A stretch of DNA of 60,362 nt, the filler included, from Sphacelaria rigidula (lineage: Eukaryota), in the NCBI GenBank assembly GCA_964200075.2. It is 7 parts of 7 records of this genome, joined end to end, with 100 filler letters (N's around TTAATTAATTAA, not from the genome) between each part and the next. Parts side by side here need not be neighbours in the genome. Positions count along the whole stretch, not along the records: positions 17,278 to 25,815 come from CAXNAA020010856.1; positions 25,916 to 34,453 come from CAXNAA020010857.1; positions 34,554 to 43,090 come from CAXNAA020010858.1; 4 more parts are not named here. One strand, 5' to 3'. Both the position numbers and the translations under genes were made by a program. The notes under the pieces are model-generated. The model searched no databases. It had not been told where the DNA came from and was given only the letters and a program-made list of their open reading frames with translations. Positions 24,831 through 37,145 of the stretch are shown in pieces. The number at the start of each line of letters is the position of its first letter. The first letter of the stretch is position 1.

Positions 24831-25529
24831 GGATTGTATGTTGTGGTCATACCGCAAACAGCAAGGGCAAATTACACCATCCAAGGATAAGAAAAACCAT
24901 ATTGCGTCAGACTGGCATGTACGCTGAGCGGCACTAAGGGTGTGTCTCGGTAAATTATCTTTTGATCTGAAAGGTGCGGCGGAAAAAAAGAAGTCCCATA
25001 TAATAGGTCGTCATTTATGTACACTTTTTCATTTTAAAATGACGACCTATCAGATCGGACTTTCCGCAGTTTTGTTCTCCGTCGCACCCTTTTGATTGAA
25101 GAATAATGTGCACGGCCTGAGTTTGGGCGAGCTGAGCACATCGTTGTAATCGACAATATAACCATTCGACCGCAAGAGTGGGCGATTTGTTGAAGCAGGA
25201 TCATAGTTTTATTCTCAGTTGTAAATGGTGCCATGGCGTCGATCCAAATGGCCTACCCTCGCGGTGAAACGTTCACGGCGATCATGCGAAGCCATGCGCC
25301 TTTGGAATGGCGGGTTGTCATGAAACTCTCGTCTCCGTAATGATACTTTTTCTGGTATCGAGTTTTGCGTCCGCTCCCCGGAAAAAATCTCCATGAACAA
25401 CAATTTTTGCGAATTTTGTCAAGTTTTCGAGGTTGTTTATCCCGTGGTAGGGAGAAAATGGTGAAAATACAATTTTGTCAATCATCCTCGTTCAAAAGTT
25501 ATAAATCACTCATCTGTCATCAATGAATT

Positions 25530-25612
25530 CATTGGTTCATTGATTCATTGATTCATTGATTCATTGATTGAAGATTGTTTGAGGATGGATGGGTGGATGG
25601 TTGGTTGGGATT
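25530..25612. repeat. (TTCATTGA)n and TGGA-type simple repeats
   Basis: Direct reading. Confidence 0.8.
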
Positions 25613-25744
25613 GAATATTTTTTTGTGGACAAAGGAAAGATAACATAAAGCCGAAACACTGCATGTATATTCCCCTGTCTTGTTCGTAAGTTTCCACGTT
25701 GGACCGATTTCGGAATAGTATTCGCCAATATGTTTTCGTGGAGT

Positions 25745-25815
25745 ACGAGCTGGGCCAGCCTAAAAGCGGATTTAAGCTCTAAACGCAATATCTCATCTAC
25801 ACAGACGAGTTGGGC
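25745..25815 (-). mobile_element. Helitron-like 3' end, truncated by contig end
   Basis: Reverse complement CTCGTCTGTGTAGATGAGATATTGC...AAATCCGCTTTTAGGCTGGCCCAGCTCGT matches 39848-39913. Confidence 0.5.
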
Positions 25816-26077
25816 NNNNNNNNNNNNNNNNNNNNNNNNNNNNNNNNNNNNNNNNNNNNTTAATTAATTAANNNNNNNNNNNNNNNNNNNNNNNNNNNNN
25901 NNNNNNNNNNNNNNNCCCCACCCCCCCCCCCCTCCTTCGCTCGGGTCATTCCCATCCGTCAACTCGATTTCATCAAAACTTCTGTTTGACCACACACCGC
26001 CTTGGAGATGCAGCCGCTGGGAAATGTACACAGTGTGAAAAGATTATTGCATTCGACAACATTTTCTTCGAATTTTT

Positions 26078-26234
26078 CACACCCTGGATATATATATATA
26101 ACCATAGATTGCACTGTCGAAAAGTGTACCGCGTACAGTATGTAGTCCATTGTCTATTGCAATAGACGCAATATTCGACGGTGTATGTAGTACACCTTTT
26201 GACAATGTAATCTAATGTCATAATCCAGGGTGTG
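26078..26234. mobile_element. MITE of the CAYACCCTGG family, third copy
   Basis: CACACCCTGGAT...ATCCAGGGTGTG; flanks GAATTTTT / GAATTATC. Confidence 0.8.
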
Positions 26235-27642
26235 GAATTATCCCCTTCTGTGAGGCAAATAACTACAGTAAATCGGGAATAGGAGGAATCTTGAGGGATC
26301 AGAGACAAAGCATCCGATAAAGCCGACGTCACTGTTCACCACGACTGTAAAACGTAAGAACGGTCTCTTCAAGTTGAGCTGACTAGCGCCGTACCTCGGT
26401 GGTGTAACGGTTGCATCCACATTTACTTCGGGCGGAAGGGTGCCAGTTGGAATCCCGATATATACAAATCTATTTGAGCAAAATCTGGGTTCCGCAGTTG
26501 AAAACTTCAGCACGCGAGTGTCAAGGAACATTCGACGAGAATGGACGGAAGCGGGAGCATTGATCCAATCCTCGTGAACGAAACCTGAGGCAGGTGGTTG
26601 AGCCCCTGAGACTATGGAGTCGTCCCAAGGAAGGGAACGGATGAAATGTATTGTGGCGCGGGAACAAGGTTCGTCGTTTCACCTCCCCTTCGTCATCGTG
26701 ATTCAGTTTGGGACACCCCCTCCTCTCCACAGTTTATGGGATGTTGTGTTGATGGTCGCCCTGCTCGCGATGACCGCCGGCCACAAACGTGCAGCCGGCG
26801 ATGGAGACGTTTCGGGTTGATGAAATCAATATATGTCACTGGCAGCGCTCTCTGGAAAATATCTACCTGAGGTAAGCCCGGTGTTGTCGTACAAGCTCGA
26901 GCAAATGTCTTTCTGAGATATGCATCTGGAATATATATGTACATCCACCGGAGATGTTCGGTTGGGATGTTGAAGTCCATCTAGAATCGATATTCATCCA
27001 GGATATTTCACCTGGGGTTTTCCGTTGGGATATGGGCATTTATCTTAAACACGCAGGTTTGATATCCATTTGAGATGTCCATTTGGATCGTGAGACATAA
27101 CTTTGATCTGAAATGTCCATCTGGACATGGAGTGTCCCAGGCGGCCATCCAAATGGAACATGGGAGGTACACCTGCGCCATGCCCCCTGCTAAGAAATGT
27201 ATCTTGTCAATATTTTGGTTTGGATACGGGGTCTCGCTAATAACCAAGTTCAAACCTGAACCGTAGCTGTCACCCTGATGCAAGTCTTGGGGTGCGTTGT
27301 TGACCATAAGTCTGGTTCATCGTGCCCTGGTGGAGAGCCGTGCAGTGTTCGTCGGCTTGGCGTGTACAGCTACAGTATATTGTAGTGTGCGTTGGTGGGG
27401 GTACACATATGAGTTAAAGTGCACTGCTGGAACACCGTGCGGCGAACAATGTCACGGCACACACCTCGAGGGATGCGCGGGTAGAACGTCTTGCCGTGTA
27501 CGCGGAGATGGGCGTGCCAGATGGAGATCCCGGAGGGATGCGAGATCCCAGATGGATGTCCGAGATGAATGTCCATATCCCAAATAGATATCCCCGATGG
27601 ACCTGAGGTCCAAGATCCGATCCCTATCCCAGGTGGAACTTG

Positions 27643-27951
27643 TACTTTAAACAATATTTTCGTGAGATTGAGAGTAAATGATACGATTGAGAATAAAAAG
27701 CGGTCAATTAGAGAGTGAGTCGGTTCAGTTCCGAAATGCCCCTGAGGCCTGATATGCTTTCTGTAGTAGCTTGCCACTGAGGCCCTAGATATCGCTGAGT
27801 AGGGATCGACGTGTAGCTGTGAGCACACGGCAGTAATAGAGGCGAAGAAAAGCACACACGCAGTGAAGAATTGACTAGGTTAAAGCGAATTACCGAAGCC
27901 ACTCTCAATCAGCGCTATACTCTCAATCTCACGAAAGCGTGGTTTCTAGTG
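27643..27951. mobile_element. CACTA-like MITE
   Basis: TTTCGTGAGATTGAGAGTA...TACTCTCAATCTCACGAAA; right end TTTCTAGTG (= CACTAGAAA); inverted homolog of 13438-13740. Confidence 0.75.
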
Positions 27952-30900
27952 GAAGGTACTGGAATGTGAAGACTTTTCGCTTGTAAGGACGAGATGTCGC
28001 GAGCCAGTAACATTTGTATTTGATAGTCGGTGACGGGTAGGTACCGTTAGGCAGGGGAACGGTGCTGCCCTCGATAGCACTTGACGATGTTTTCGTTTGC
28101 GTAAGCTGTCGTGAACAGATAGGATACGCGTACATATCACAATATACCGCAGGCAATGGACGTGACCGCACAGGTCACCGCCAATTCTTGAAAACTTGAA
28201 TGATCAGCCACACCGCTGTTTCTCGTCACTCACCATATGCCGTACTGTACGATGCACGCGTTGACTTCTTGTGGGATGCTGCTGTAGACATATTTGTTTA
28301 TACATCAATACACCGAAGCGCAAATTCTATCAAGTTATGTGATGTGTGCACACCGTTCTGTTTTTGCTCTCGAACAAGAAGCTGTAGCACGTCACGGGGA
28401 AGCGTACTTATCCCAGTAGCTCTACTCTACGCGACATGAGAGGGCTCTGCTCCTTGCGCTCTCAGATGCGGGCATCTCCCGGCCGAGAGTCTGAGGTTTT
28501 CGACTGACGTATGGACGACACACGAGAGGGGTCATCAGAATACCTGCGTCATGTACCCTTCACTTCACCGGCCACTGCCACCCCACCTATATCCCTCATG
28601 TTGATCTGGCGCTCGAGGTTGCTGTATGTCGAAAGAGGGGAAGTTAGAATAATCAGGACGCTCTCCAGTCTTTCCAGAGCTACGAAAATAACGTGACGTT
28701 GTGGCCGTTTTGTCGGTGTCATTGGGGTGTGGCTCATCTTCATGGTCAACACAGTTCCCCGTGATTCCCCTGCCATGTCGTACCGAATCAGTTCCGTGGA
28801 CCTCATATGTTGACTTCCCCTTTATTCAGAACCCTTTCCTTACCCATGTGTGTCAAATTGTTCGTTATCTCTCTGTGTGCATACATGTCACTAGATCGGT
28901 GTCTCCGGGGGGCGTGGATGGAGGGAGTCCCGAGGTATGGCTCAGCTTTTTCCGAGTGCGACTACGCAGTGAGGTCCCCCACTGACCCTGAACAATTCCA
29001 ACCTGTGAAGATATCGTAGTACTCTTTGAATTTCAAGCCACTGAAGCGTAGCATCATCCTCCCACGCCACTCCAAGGCTTTTTCACACCCCATTCCATGC
29101 TGCCAGTTCACCCCCACCAGACAACATCCCCGTCGAGCCGTCACCGGGCGCGCTTGGCTTGACAGCACTTGAGAGATCCCACGCTGCCGAGTCTCCTTTG
29201 GATGTTGGGGTGGTCGATGTCAACAGCTCTTGTACTTTCGTCTCCTTTTTATGTTACCTGTTTCACGTATGCACAAGGCTCCGGCAACATTGATATGTGA
29301 TGGCAGAAAATTGCGCAGTAGCAGTTCTACACAGTAGTCGCAGTATTTTTGTGCAAAAGTCCGAATTTTCACACGATCACACCCTGTTTCCGTGCATGTG
29401 CTCTGCGTACATGTGTTCTTAGGTCTCTGCACGCGAATTCGCGCGTTTGGCTTTCATGTGCGTCCCTCGTGTTTCATGACGTTATTATCCAAAGTCGTGC
29501 GGCAGGGACGAGCGATTGATTGTTTTTGTACCATTTTTTTGTCGAAACAGGAACGAGATACATCTCCGTGTTTTCCTTCATGCTCTCTTTCTCTGCCGTG
29601 TCTTATTTTTTCCTTGAATATGTCTGCTTAGTTTCTCGATTGTTTTCGTTTACCTTATATATTCGATTATTCTTTCTCTGTTTCTCTTTCGTATTTTCCT
29701 CTTTCTTTTTTTTTGCTCTTGCCAATCGGAGACTACTGTCTGCTCATATCGATTGTTGATTATGTCCTTAGTCGGTGGCTCTGCGGTGCCCACTGGTGTG
29801 TATCTGTATCTACTCTGCTGCCCTGAATCTTCGACTTTTTCCTTCTTCTTTTTTTTAGCGTTCTGTTGTATGTTATTTTATTTGCTCTGTACTTTCCTCC
29901 TCTTCCCCTTCTTTGTTTGTCTTCGGTCGGCCATTTCTTTCTGTGCTTTGCTTGTGTTGACTCTTTTTTATTACTTGTTTTTGTTACGACTTAGTCTGCT
30001 GCGTCGTTCTGTTCGATTTGGTTTTTTCTCCGTTCCTTCTTTTCTTCAGAGCGTGCTTCAGTTTCGTTTTCTTGGGGACGTCTATCAGGAGACCACGGCT
30101 GGACCGCTGGGGGGTCAGTCAAAGTGCGACAATCAATCAATCAAGCTTCCTCCTGTTCGCCTTTTCGTTCAGCGAGTGTTGTTGCTTTGTGTACCTTGAG
30201 TACGTGTATACTATGGATGATGACCATGACTGTATTCCTCCGACGTCAATGAACGTGCAGCAATCGGATCAATCAATCAGCACACGTTTCCCACCGATAC
30301 GATATCCTCGATGTCCCTTGTAGTCGTCGCAGAAGGTCACGGCAACCAAATGCAGTTACCGTAGAGTTTCTGCGTGACTAGCAGAGCTTCTCGAGGGTCC
30401 CGAAGGTGTCCAAACTCGCAGATCTACGCGCCACTCAAAGTGAAGGCAATAAGCGGCGTTCACATGGTCCAGCCATGCAAGACAATATTAGCTTCTATCA
30501 TTTCCCTCCTCTACATTCTGGCGTATGACTCGGCCCGAAAACAGGGAAAAGCACAGCGATAACCTGTGCATACTTTTGTTGTTGCAACAACACGGCACTA
30601 TGGACAACAACGGTTTCGCCCATTCCCCCTTCCCCCCAGAAGGATCTGCAACATTATTTTCCGCAAAAAAACGGCACTGATATCGTCGTTGTTTGTTTCC
30701 GTATGATTGATGTTGCTTGTGTCAGGACCCCACTCGCAAGACGCTGCCGCCTCTCACTTGGCTACTATGCGGAAAACCACACGAGCGTTCTGGTGCGATT
30801 GCCGAGCCCTCGGTACTGTTGCAGTCGACAACTAAATATGCCCGTATGTTTCAGGTGGCATATGTTGTTGTCAGTACCCTCTTCTTTCGTGATCTTTCCT

Positions 30901-31300
30901 TCCAGCCGAGGAGACTTGAATAGTCGTGCCGACTTCATACACGCAATATTTTACATATGGTACCATATGATATACCCGATGTTAGCTCCTCACTATTCGT
31001 GGCTCACTTCGATTTTTTTGTTTTTCGCACGCGGTAATAGCTTACGGTGGCAAAATCCCGAGGCTTGGTGACAAAGCCGATTGTATCTGAGGACAAGAAT
31101 ACATCACAGAACATTTCCTTGTTGCAAACAAAGGGTGGCACATCTCTCGCGCGTTTCTGCCCCCTTTTTTTTTTTATTTCCCAGAACTATTGTTCTGTAT
31201 TTAACAACATGTTCGTGAGATGAGGAGTTGATTTAAATTTCGGAACGGGAGATTTTCGTGAGTCATATCAAGACGGTCGAATCATCCAACACGGCCGACA

Positions 31301-31508
31301 CCCCCCTGAAAGCCCGTGATCTGACAGGGAACTTTGATGCAAAATGATTTAAAATCGACGCGGTCAGCGCAGAGTTTCGAGGGGAAGTGTGTCCAAGAAA
31401 AGAAGAATACATTTTGCACATTGTCGGCCGTATCTCATGTCAGACGTCACCGCTTTCACATCCGATTGCTCCAAACTTCCCGTCAGATCACGGGCTTTCA
31501 GGGGGGGG
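31301..31508. repeat. Inverted repeat / small MITE
   Basis: CCCCCCTGAAAGCCCGTGATCTGAC ... GTCAGATCACGGGCTTTCAGGGGGG. Confidence 0.75.
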
Positions 31509-31639
31509 CGGTGGTTTCGGACAATCCGATCGCCCCGGTGTAGATGACGAAAACAAAACGTTCCGAAAAAGATATCCGTCCCTATTCTCACGATCATGGT
31601 ATTTGCTGAAATCCACCATACCATTGGTTCAACTTGATC

Positions 31640-32065
31640 ATCGAAATTGAGGATGGAGTTTTTCGTTGAAGAGGAGAACCCGGAGAAATAAAACCTTTTT
31701 ATCTCCACAAAATCTTCGAAATATGATGCCATTCCTTCACTTACTAGTAGCTATTATTGACAACTATTACATATGCCATACAAATTTGGATTCCGATAAC
31801 AGAAATGTTGGGGTCCTAGGTGGAGAAACAATTTGGGGGAATTTCGGCGATCTGATCGGTTCATCTTAATTTCCCAAAAATGTTTCTTCACCTAGGACCC
31901 CGGCATGTCGGTTTTCAGGATCCAAATTTCTGTGGCGTGTAATAGTTGTCAATAGCTAACAGTAGGTGGAAGAATCGAAATATATTCCGAACATTTGGTG
32001 TGGATACGCAGGTTTTAGTTCTCTGTGTTTTCTTTTTCAATGAAAAGCTCCATCCTCAATTTCGG
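31640..32065. mobile_element. Foldback element family (siblings at 56800-57160 and 34400-34453)
   Basis: AATTGAGGATGGAG...CTCCATCCTCAATT ends; ATGTTGGGGTCCTAGGTG / CACCTAGGACCCC arms. Confidence 0.8.
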
Positions 32066-33460
32066 TGGTCGGCTGTTTGTTGGTGATTTTTAATCCCCTA
32101 ATCACATTTGATATTTCTGACTCGCGGTCAAGTCGTATCGATCTCTCGGGAGCAGCGTTTGTCCGAGTCCAGTAACGTAAGGTCAGCACGTTAACCACCT
32201 TTTCAGTTTCCTAAGTCTGACTAAAGGTGGCAGTCTGACTGCTTAGATTTCGGCCACCGCTTTCCGCAGCTCCGCAAAGTTTGGGCTTGTGTGAATCATC
32301 CGGCTGTGTTGTACTTTTACACTATATGCCACTCCACGGCTCGATAGATAGTTCAACCAGTCGTTTTACCCAACACCCGTTGAATTACTTTTACGGAGTC
32401 TACGGACAAAAGCGTGGCATTTGTTGGCTTGCTCGGTCAAGAGGCAAGACACTGTGGGACTGTGAGCAAAAAGAAGTGGGCCCCCCTTGAAGTTGGCCGA
32501 AGAGAGGTACATTGAATGTGGACTCATTTGCGAAGATACACCCTTTTACAGAGATTTTCGGAAACGTATTTTGATTTTTCAAGTCGAATTTCGTCAGCTT
32601 ATATATATATGTTTACCATTCATTCGAACGTTTTATTGTCCCGGACACAACGCACGCGACAGTCGGAACGCCGCGGAAACTATCACGAGCGAGAGGTAGT
32701 GTTAAACTCCATGAGATACTTCCCCTGATACATGTTACGGTGACAAAAAGAGAGAAACGACTCTCCGCAGCTCGCCCATGCCCAGCTACAACCACTGCAC
32801 TCCTATTTATATCTTTTCTGCCGTCACGGTGCTGCGACATCTCCTTCTTGAGTGGCAGATGCTACCGCGCGAACAGGAATGTACATGGCAGCGTAAAGAA
32901 TGGTAGAGTACATTACAGGCCGCCAATAATTCCGCGGCTGGTGAATGTTTGACGCTTCATGGTGAGAGAAGCCAGGATCAAACAGGAAGGCCATGCGGGG
33001 GTAGTTGATTACAGCGGAACTAAGCACAGGCCCTGACTCACGCTCGCCTTCGGGGAGCTGGGCGTCCTCAGCAGTGCCGATCCCTTACACCCGCGGTCAG
33101 CCAGTTTCCACTGCACTCCCAGTCATGACGAGCGTGTCGTGCTGCCATCTTTGATTTTTTCGTATATCGGGCGTTACTTCCTTGTGTTTCGAAGCGAAGG
33201 CTAGCTGCCATTACTATGGCGCTCTGTTTAGTTCTGCGAATGATCATTTTAGAATCCCAGAAGCTGTATGGATTGAGAAGTGCAAAAGACACTGGCGTGT
33301 AGCCTCATGAGCGCACGCGCTGAGTTCTCTACACAGGCGATCTTCAATGTGACCCTTTTTCGGTCGAAGGTTGGGTTTTACCCCCGTTTGTCCATCGCTG
33401 TTTTCTTGCGTACCTGTAATGTTTTTGACACTTGACGGTCTGATCTTTTGACGTCCGCAG

Positions 33461-33780
33461 CAACATTTACGATGCTACGGCGGCACGAGGATGAGACAGC
33501 TTATACACCAACGCCTGAGCACGAAGGAATACTTCACGTCTACAACAACAACGATAGTGATGACACGCACACGGGGCTCTCAACTCGCCGAAGCAGCTTA
33601 TCTGCTGCTCCTGTGGAAGATTCTGATCTAAGTTGGGGAGGGGCAGGGAGTCTTTCAACGTCAACGTATGGAGATGGATCCGCGTCATGTTCCACTTACT
33701 TGGAGGCGTGTTTACGCAGTGGGGAGCAGAAACTGCGGCAGGAAGTTCGAAGAATCGTCGCGGAGGATAAACGAAAATTG
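33461..33780 (+). CDS. Exon of unknown protein (Ser-rich segment then helical LRQEVRRIVAEDKRKL)
   Basis: Acceptor TTTTGACGTCCGCAG, consensus donor TTG|GTGAGT, open frame throughout. Confidence 0.6.
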
Positions 33781-34553
33781 GTGAGTGCATCATGCAGCAC
33801 TGGAGTTGAGATGTGCCAACATTTCTGGTAACACCCAACGGGGCTCGTACCTGGGGAAGTCGGCACTCCCCCCCGAAGTTTGTTGTAGCCTAAAGGCGTG
33901 GGAGCGGAGGAGAGGCCGGAGGCTTCAATCCGCGAAATATAGCTCCCAGACGTGGTAGTACCTCCATACCGCGTATATTACTGCACTCGGAGTGCGGATT
34001 AATGCTGTCGTGGAACATTGTCAGGAGGGTACCGCCGGTTGAATAGTTCGAACTAACGCGGCAACTGGAACATGAGCGGAGTCAATCGTGTTGGACACTT
34101 GCCTGGAGGCCACCTCATGCCCTATAAAAAATGACGGAGAGTAATGTCAGATCATTTACCGAGCATTCGTTAGCATCAGATCGCCCTTGAAACAGGCGCA
34201 GCTGCCTCTCAGGTGCTCTCAGAGGGGCGCTTCGGCCAAAGATGAACGTACTCGTGAGCCCCTGACATGAAAGAAATGTGGATGCCCGGTGAGGAAAAAG
34301 AGATACCGCCCCTCTTCGAAGCAACGCGAAATCGATGCAAGACAACCGTGAGGTCGATCACACGGGATAATTTACGTGCTGCAAACAGCCAATCATCTAT
34401 GTTGAGGATGGTGCTTTTGATTGAGGATGAGAACCCGGAGGATTAAAATCTCCNNNNNNNNNNNNNNNNNNNNNNNNNNNNNNNNNNNNNNNNNNNNTTA
34501 ATTAATTAANNNNNNNNNNNNNNNNNNNNNNNNNNNNNNNNNNNNNNNNNNNN

Positions 34554-34626
34554 CGGGTTCATTCGGGAAACTGGGGAAGCTGTGGTGTGATCAAGTTTTA
34601 GCAGCTTTTACGCTGGCCCAGCTCTT
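34554..34626 (+). mobile_element. Helitron-like 3' end variant
   Basis: TTCATTCGGGAAACTGGG.AAGCTGT...GCTGGCCCAGCTC shared with 51299-51371. Confidence 0.45.
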
Positions 34627-35114
34627 AGTACGACAGAGAAACTCAAAGTTGCACAGCATGCGACAAGGCAGAATAGAGAATATACTATGTGGCCGACTTT
34701 TTCTTTGTAAAAACATACGTGCACCGCGAAGAAGAAATAATTCTATGATACAACGGTATCGCCTGCGGCAGAGTAGAACTACTCGCATCAGCCCCCCAGA
34801 TACGAACACGCACCTAACTTACTCTGTGTACCAGGCTACAAACTACAGCCAGGGTACCTCTTTTCCTGTGACCACAAGAAAACAAGAACGCACCGGACGC
34901 CCTCGGCTGTGCAAGCGTCGGTCAGAATTTATAAACAATGAAACAAACTTGCGGCAGTCAGCACACTATAAGGCAAAGCGCTACTCGTAGCGGGCTAGCT
35001 GCTCGAAGAACCTGTATGGTGTGTGAGGGGTGAGGGCGTGTGGCGTAGTGGAGAGAGAAAAAAGGGACCCCGCAGGGTAAAAACAGGGTACCTACGCGTC
35101 AGGGGGGCTCCGTG

Positions 35115-35376
35115 AGTAAAAATATCGGAATCGCGATCTCGATCTTTGATCTTCGATCTTGATCCAGAATCGGAAGATCGGCCAAAATATTCCCGATCTC
35201 GATATCAGAAAATCGGCGATTAATCGGAGATCAGATCGGCTGTCCGATCCACGATCTCCATCACTGTTCTGTACCATAAAACGGTCACCCCGGTTTTGAG
35301 TCCACGATTTCGAGTCCCTTTTTCAAAATCGGAGCCCCCAAAAAATCGAGATTTGTTACCATAAAAGTGGGTCTAA
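35115..35376. repeat. GATC-rich subterminal repeat of a probable TIR element interrupted at 35377
   Basis: Dense GATC/CGATCT units; sequence resumes after 36738 and ends GTAGTAGCCCTA. Confidence 0.45.
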
Positions 35377-36738
35377 GGCTACTTCTCATGTATACAAAAG
35401 CACGTTGTCAGAAAAGCCGTTTTTTAACAGCGCGATTTTCCACATAATTGTTCAATGTAGCCCTTCTTACGTGGTCGCCGCACTATCAAAATTGGAAACC
35501 CAATGTTCATCGTTTTCTATGAGGTGTGCAGACATAATTTCAAATTCTGGGGCGCACGAGAGAGACGCAGCACTCTGCTGTCGTGTCGTGATGTACGGTC
35601 CGTACTGACTGTCTGTACTACTATGATACATTGCCTGAGCAATACATGGTGGGCTGCGTGACGCAAGACGATCGATACGAATACCGCCTTGCTGTACTAA
35701 TGACTGACTGTAGAAGTGATGGTTGTGCTTTTTCACTGCATGGTAGTACTTGACTGAAAGGACAGCACGGACAACAGTACACACATCAGTACTGTCTTGT
35801 ATGCGTTGGCTGTAGGGAGGTTTGGCTGCCATCACCACTGCTGTCGCTGGTGCTCGCGGGCAGTCAGCGTGTTGCTTCGTTCTCCTTCGCTCGCCAGTAG
35901 CGTGATGACCCTCACCCCCATGAGAATAGAACACAGCAGGGTCGATGACGAGTGCTGTACAGACAATCTGTATGTAGTTTGCACAGTATAGTAACTCAGT
36001 TCAGGTCTTTGCATGCAGCGTGTTGCGAACAGCACTCGAATACAGTACAGGCTGCCCGAGCACCCAAGCCCTGTAGAGCCTACAGCAGTAGCACTGCTTA
36101 TACTGACGTCTTGTGTGTATGGTCAGTACGGTCCTGTCTCTAAAAGTCTTGGGTGCGTGCGCAGTCTGTACTGCATTGCGAGTGCTGTTCGCAGCACGCT
36201 GCATGCACAGACCTGAACTGCGAGCTACAATACTGTGCAACCTACATGCAGAGTGTTTGTACAGCACTCGTCATCGACCCTGCACTGTGCTGTTCTCATG
36301 GGGTAAAGGGTCACCACGATACTGGCGAGCGATGGACAATGAAGCAACACGGTGACTGCCTGCGAGCACTAGCGACAGCAGTGGTGATGGCAGGCAAGCC
36401 ATTATGGCTGCTGTCCTGGGCTGGAGGGTGTGTTGGCGTGTGTGTGTGTGTTGTGTTGTCGCCCCATCTATTCTGGACGCCGGTCTACACCTTTCGGTAT
36501 ATGTGGGCGCATCAGCCGGGGTCAGACAGGTTGGCGTGCGGCGGGATTTCGAACGCGCTTTCAATTACATTTTTCGATATCCAGAAGCTATCAGAAAATC
36601 CTGGTTTTCTGATAAATTTCGGCTATCGGAAAATGTTATCAGAAAATTTTCTTAAAAAAACGCGTTTTCTGATCACATTAAAACTGGGTTTTTGGTCATT
36701 GATCAGAAAACGCGTTTTTTTATACATGAGAAGTAGCC
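35377..36738. mobile_element. PIF/Harbinger-like non-autonomous element with internal palindrome
   Basis: Perfect TIR GGCTACTTCTCATGTATA / TATACATGAGAAGTAGCC; flanks TAA / CAA; palindrome ~35820-36400. Confidence 0.9.
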
Positions 36739-37063
36739 CAAGAACGGATCCGAAAATCATCTATCTGTAGTAGCCCTAAAAATTCCAGGAAACGTAACGC
36801 TGCACAGGGGAAGGACCTAGGGGAAGAAAGTAAAAGAGAGGAAGTGAAGGATGGTACAGTAAAATGGAGAACGTACTATTTGAGTTGACGACCCTGAGAG
36901 TGAATTGCATCGTTTGTCATATTTGCTCGCGGTGTGCTTACAGAACCAGGATGGAGAAATGCTCCGAACGTAAAAAGGTGCAGACCTTTTCCATAGTTAG
37001 TGCATGTCTGTTCGCATCTACGCTGTGCTTTGCGTATTGTCTTTCTTTTGTTCAGTAAATAAA

Positions 37064-37145
37064 ACCAACCAACCAATCATCCAACCATCCATCCATCCAT
37101 CCATCCTCATTCAACCTTTAATTAATTAATTAATTAATTAAATAA
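37064..37145. repeat. (CCAA)n, (CCAT)n and (TAAT)n microsatellites
   Basis: Direct reading. Confidence 0.9.
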
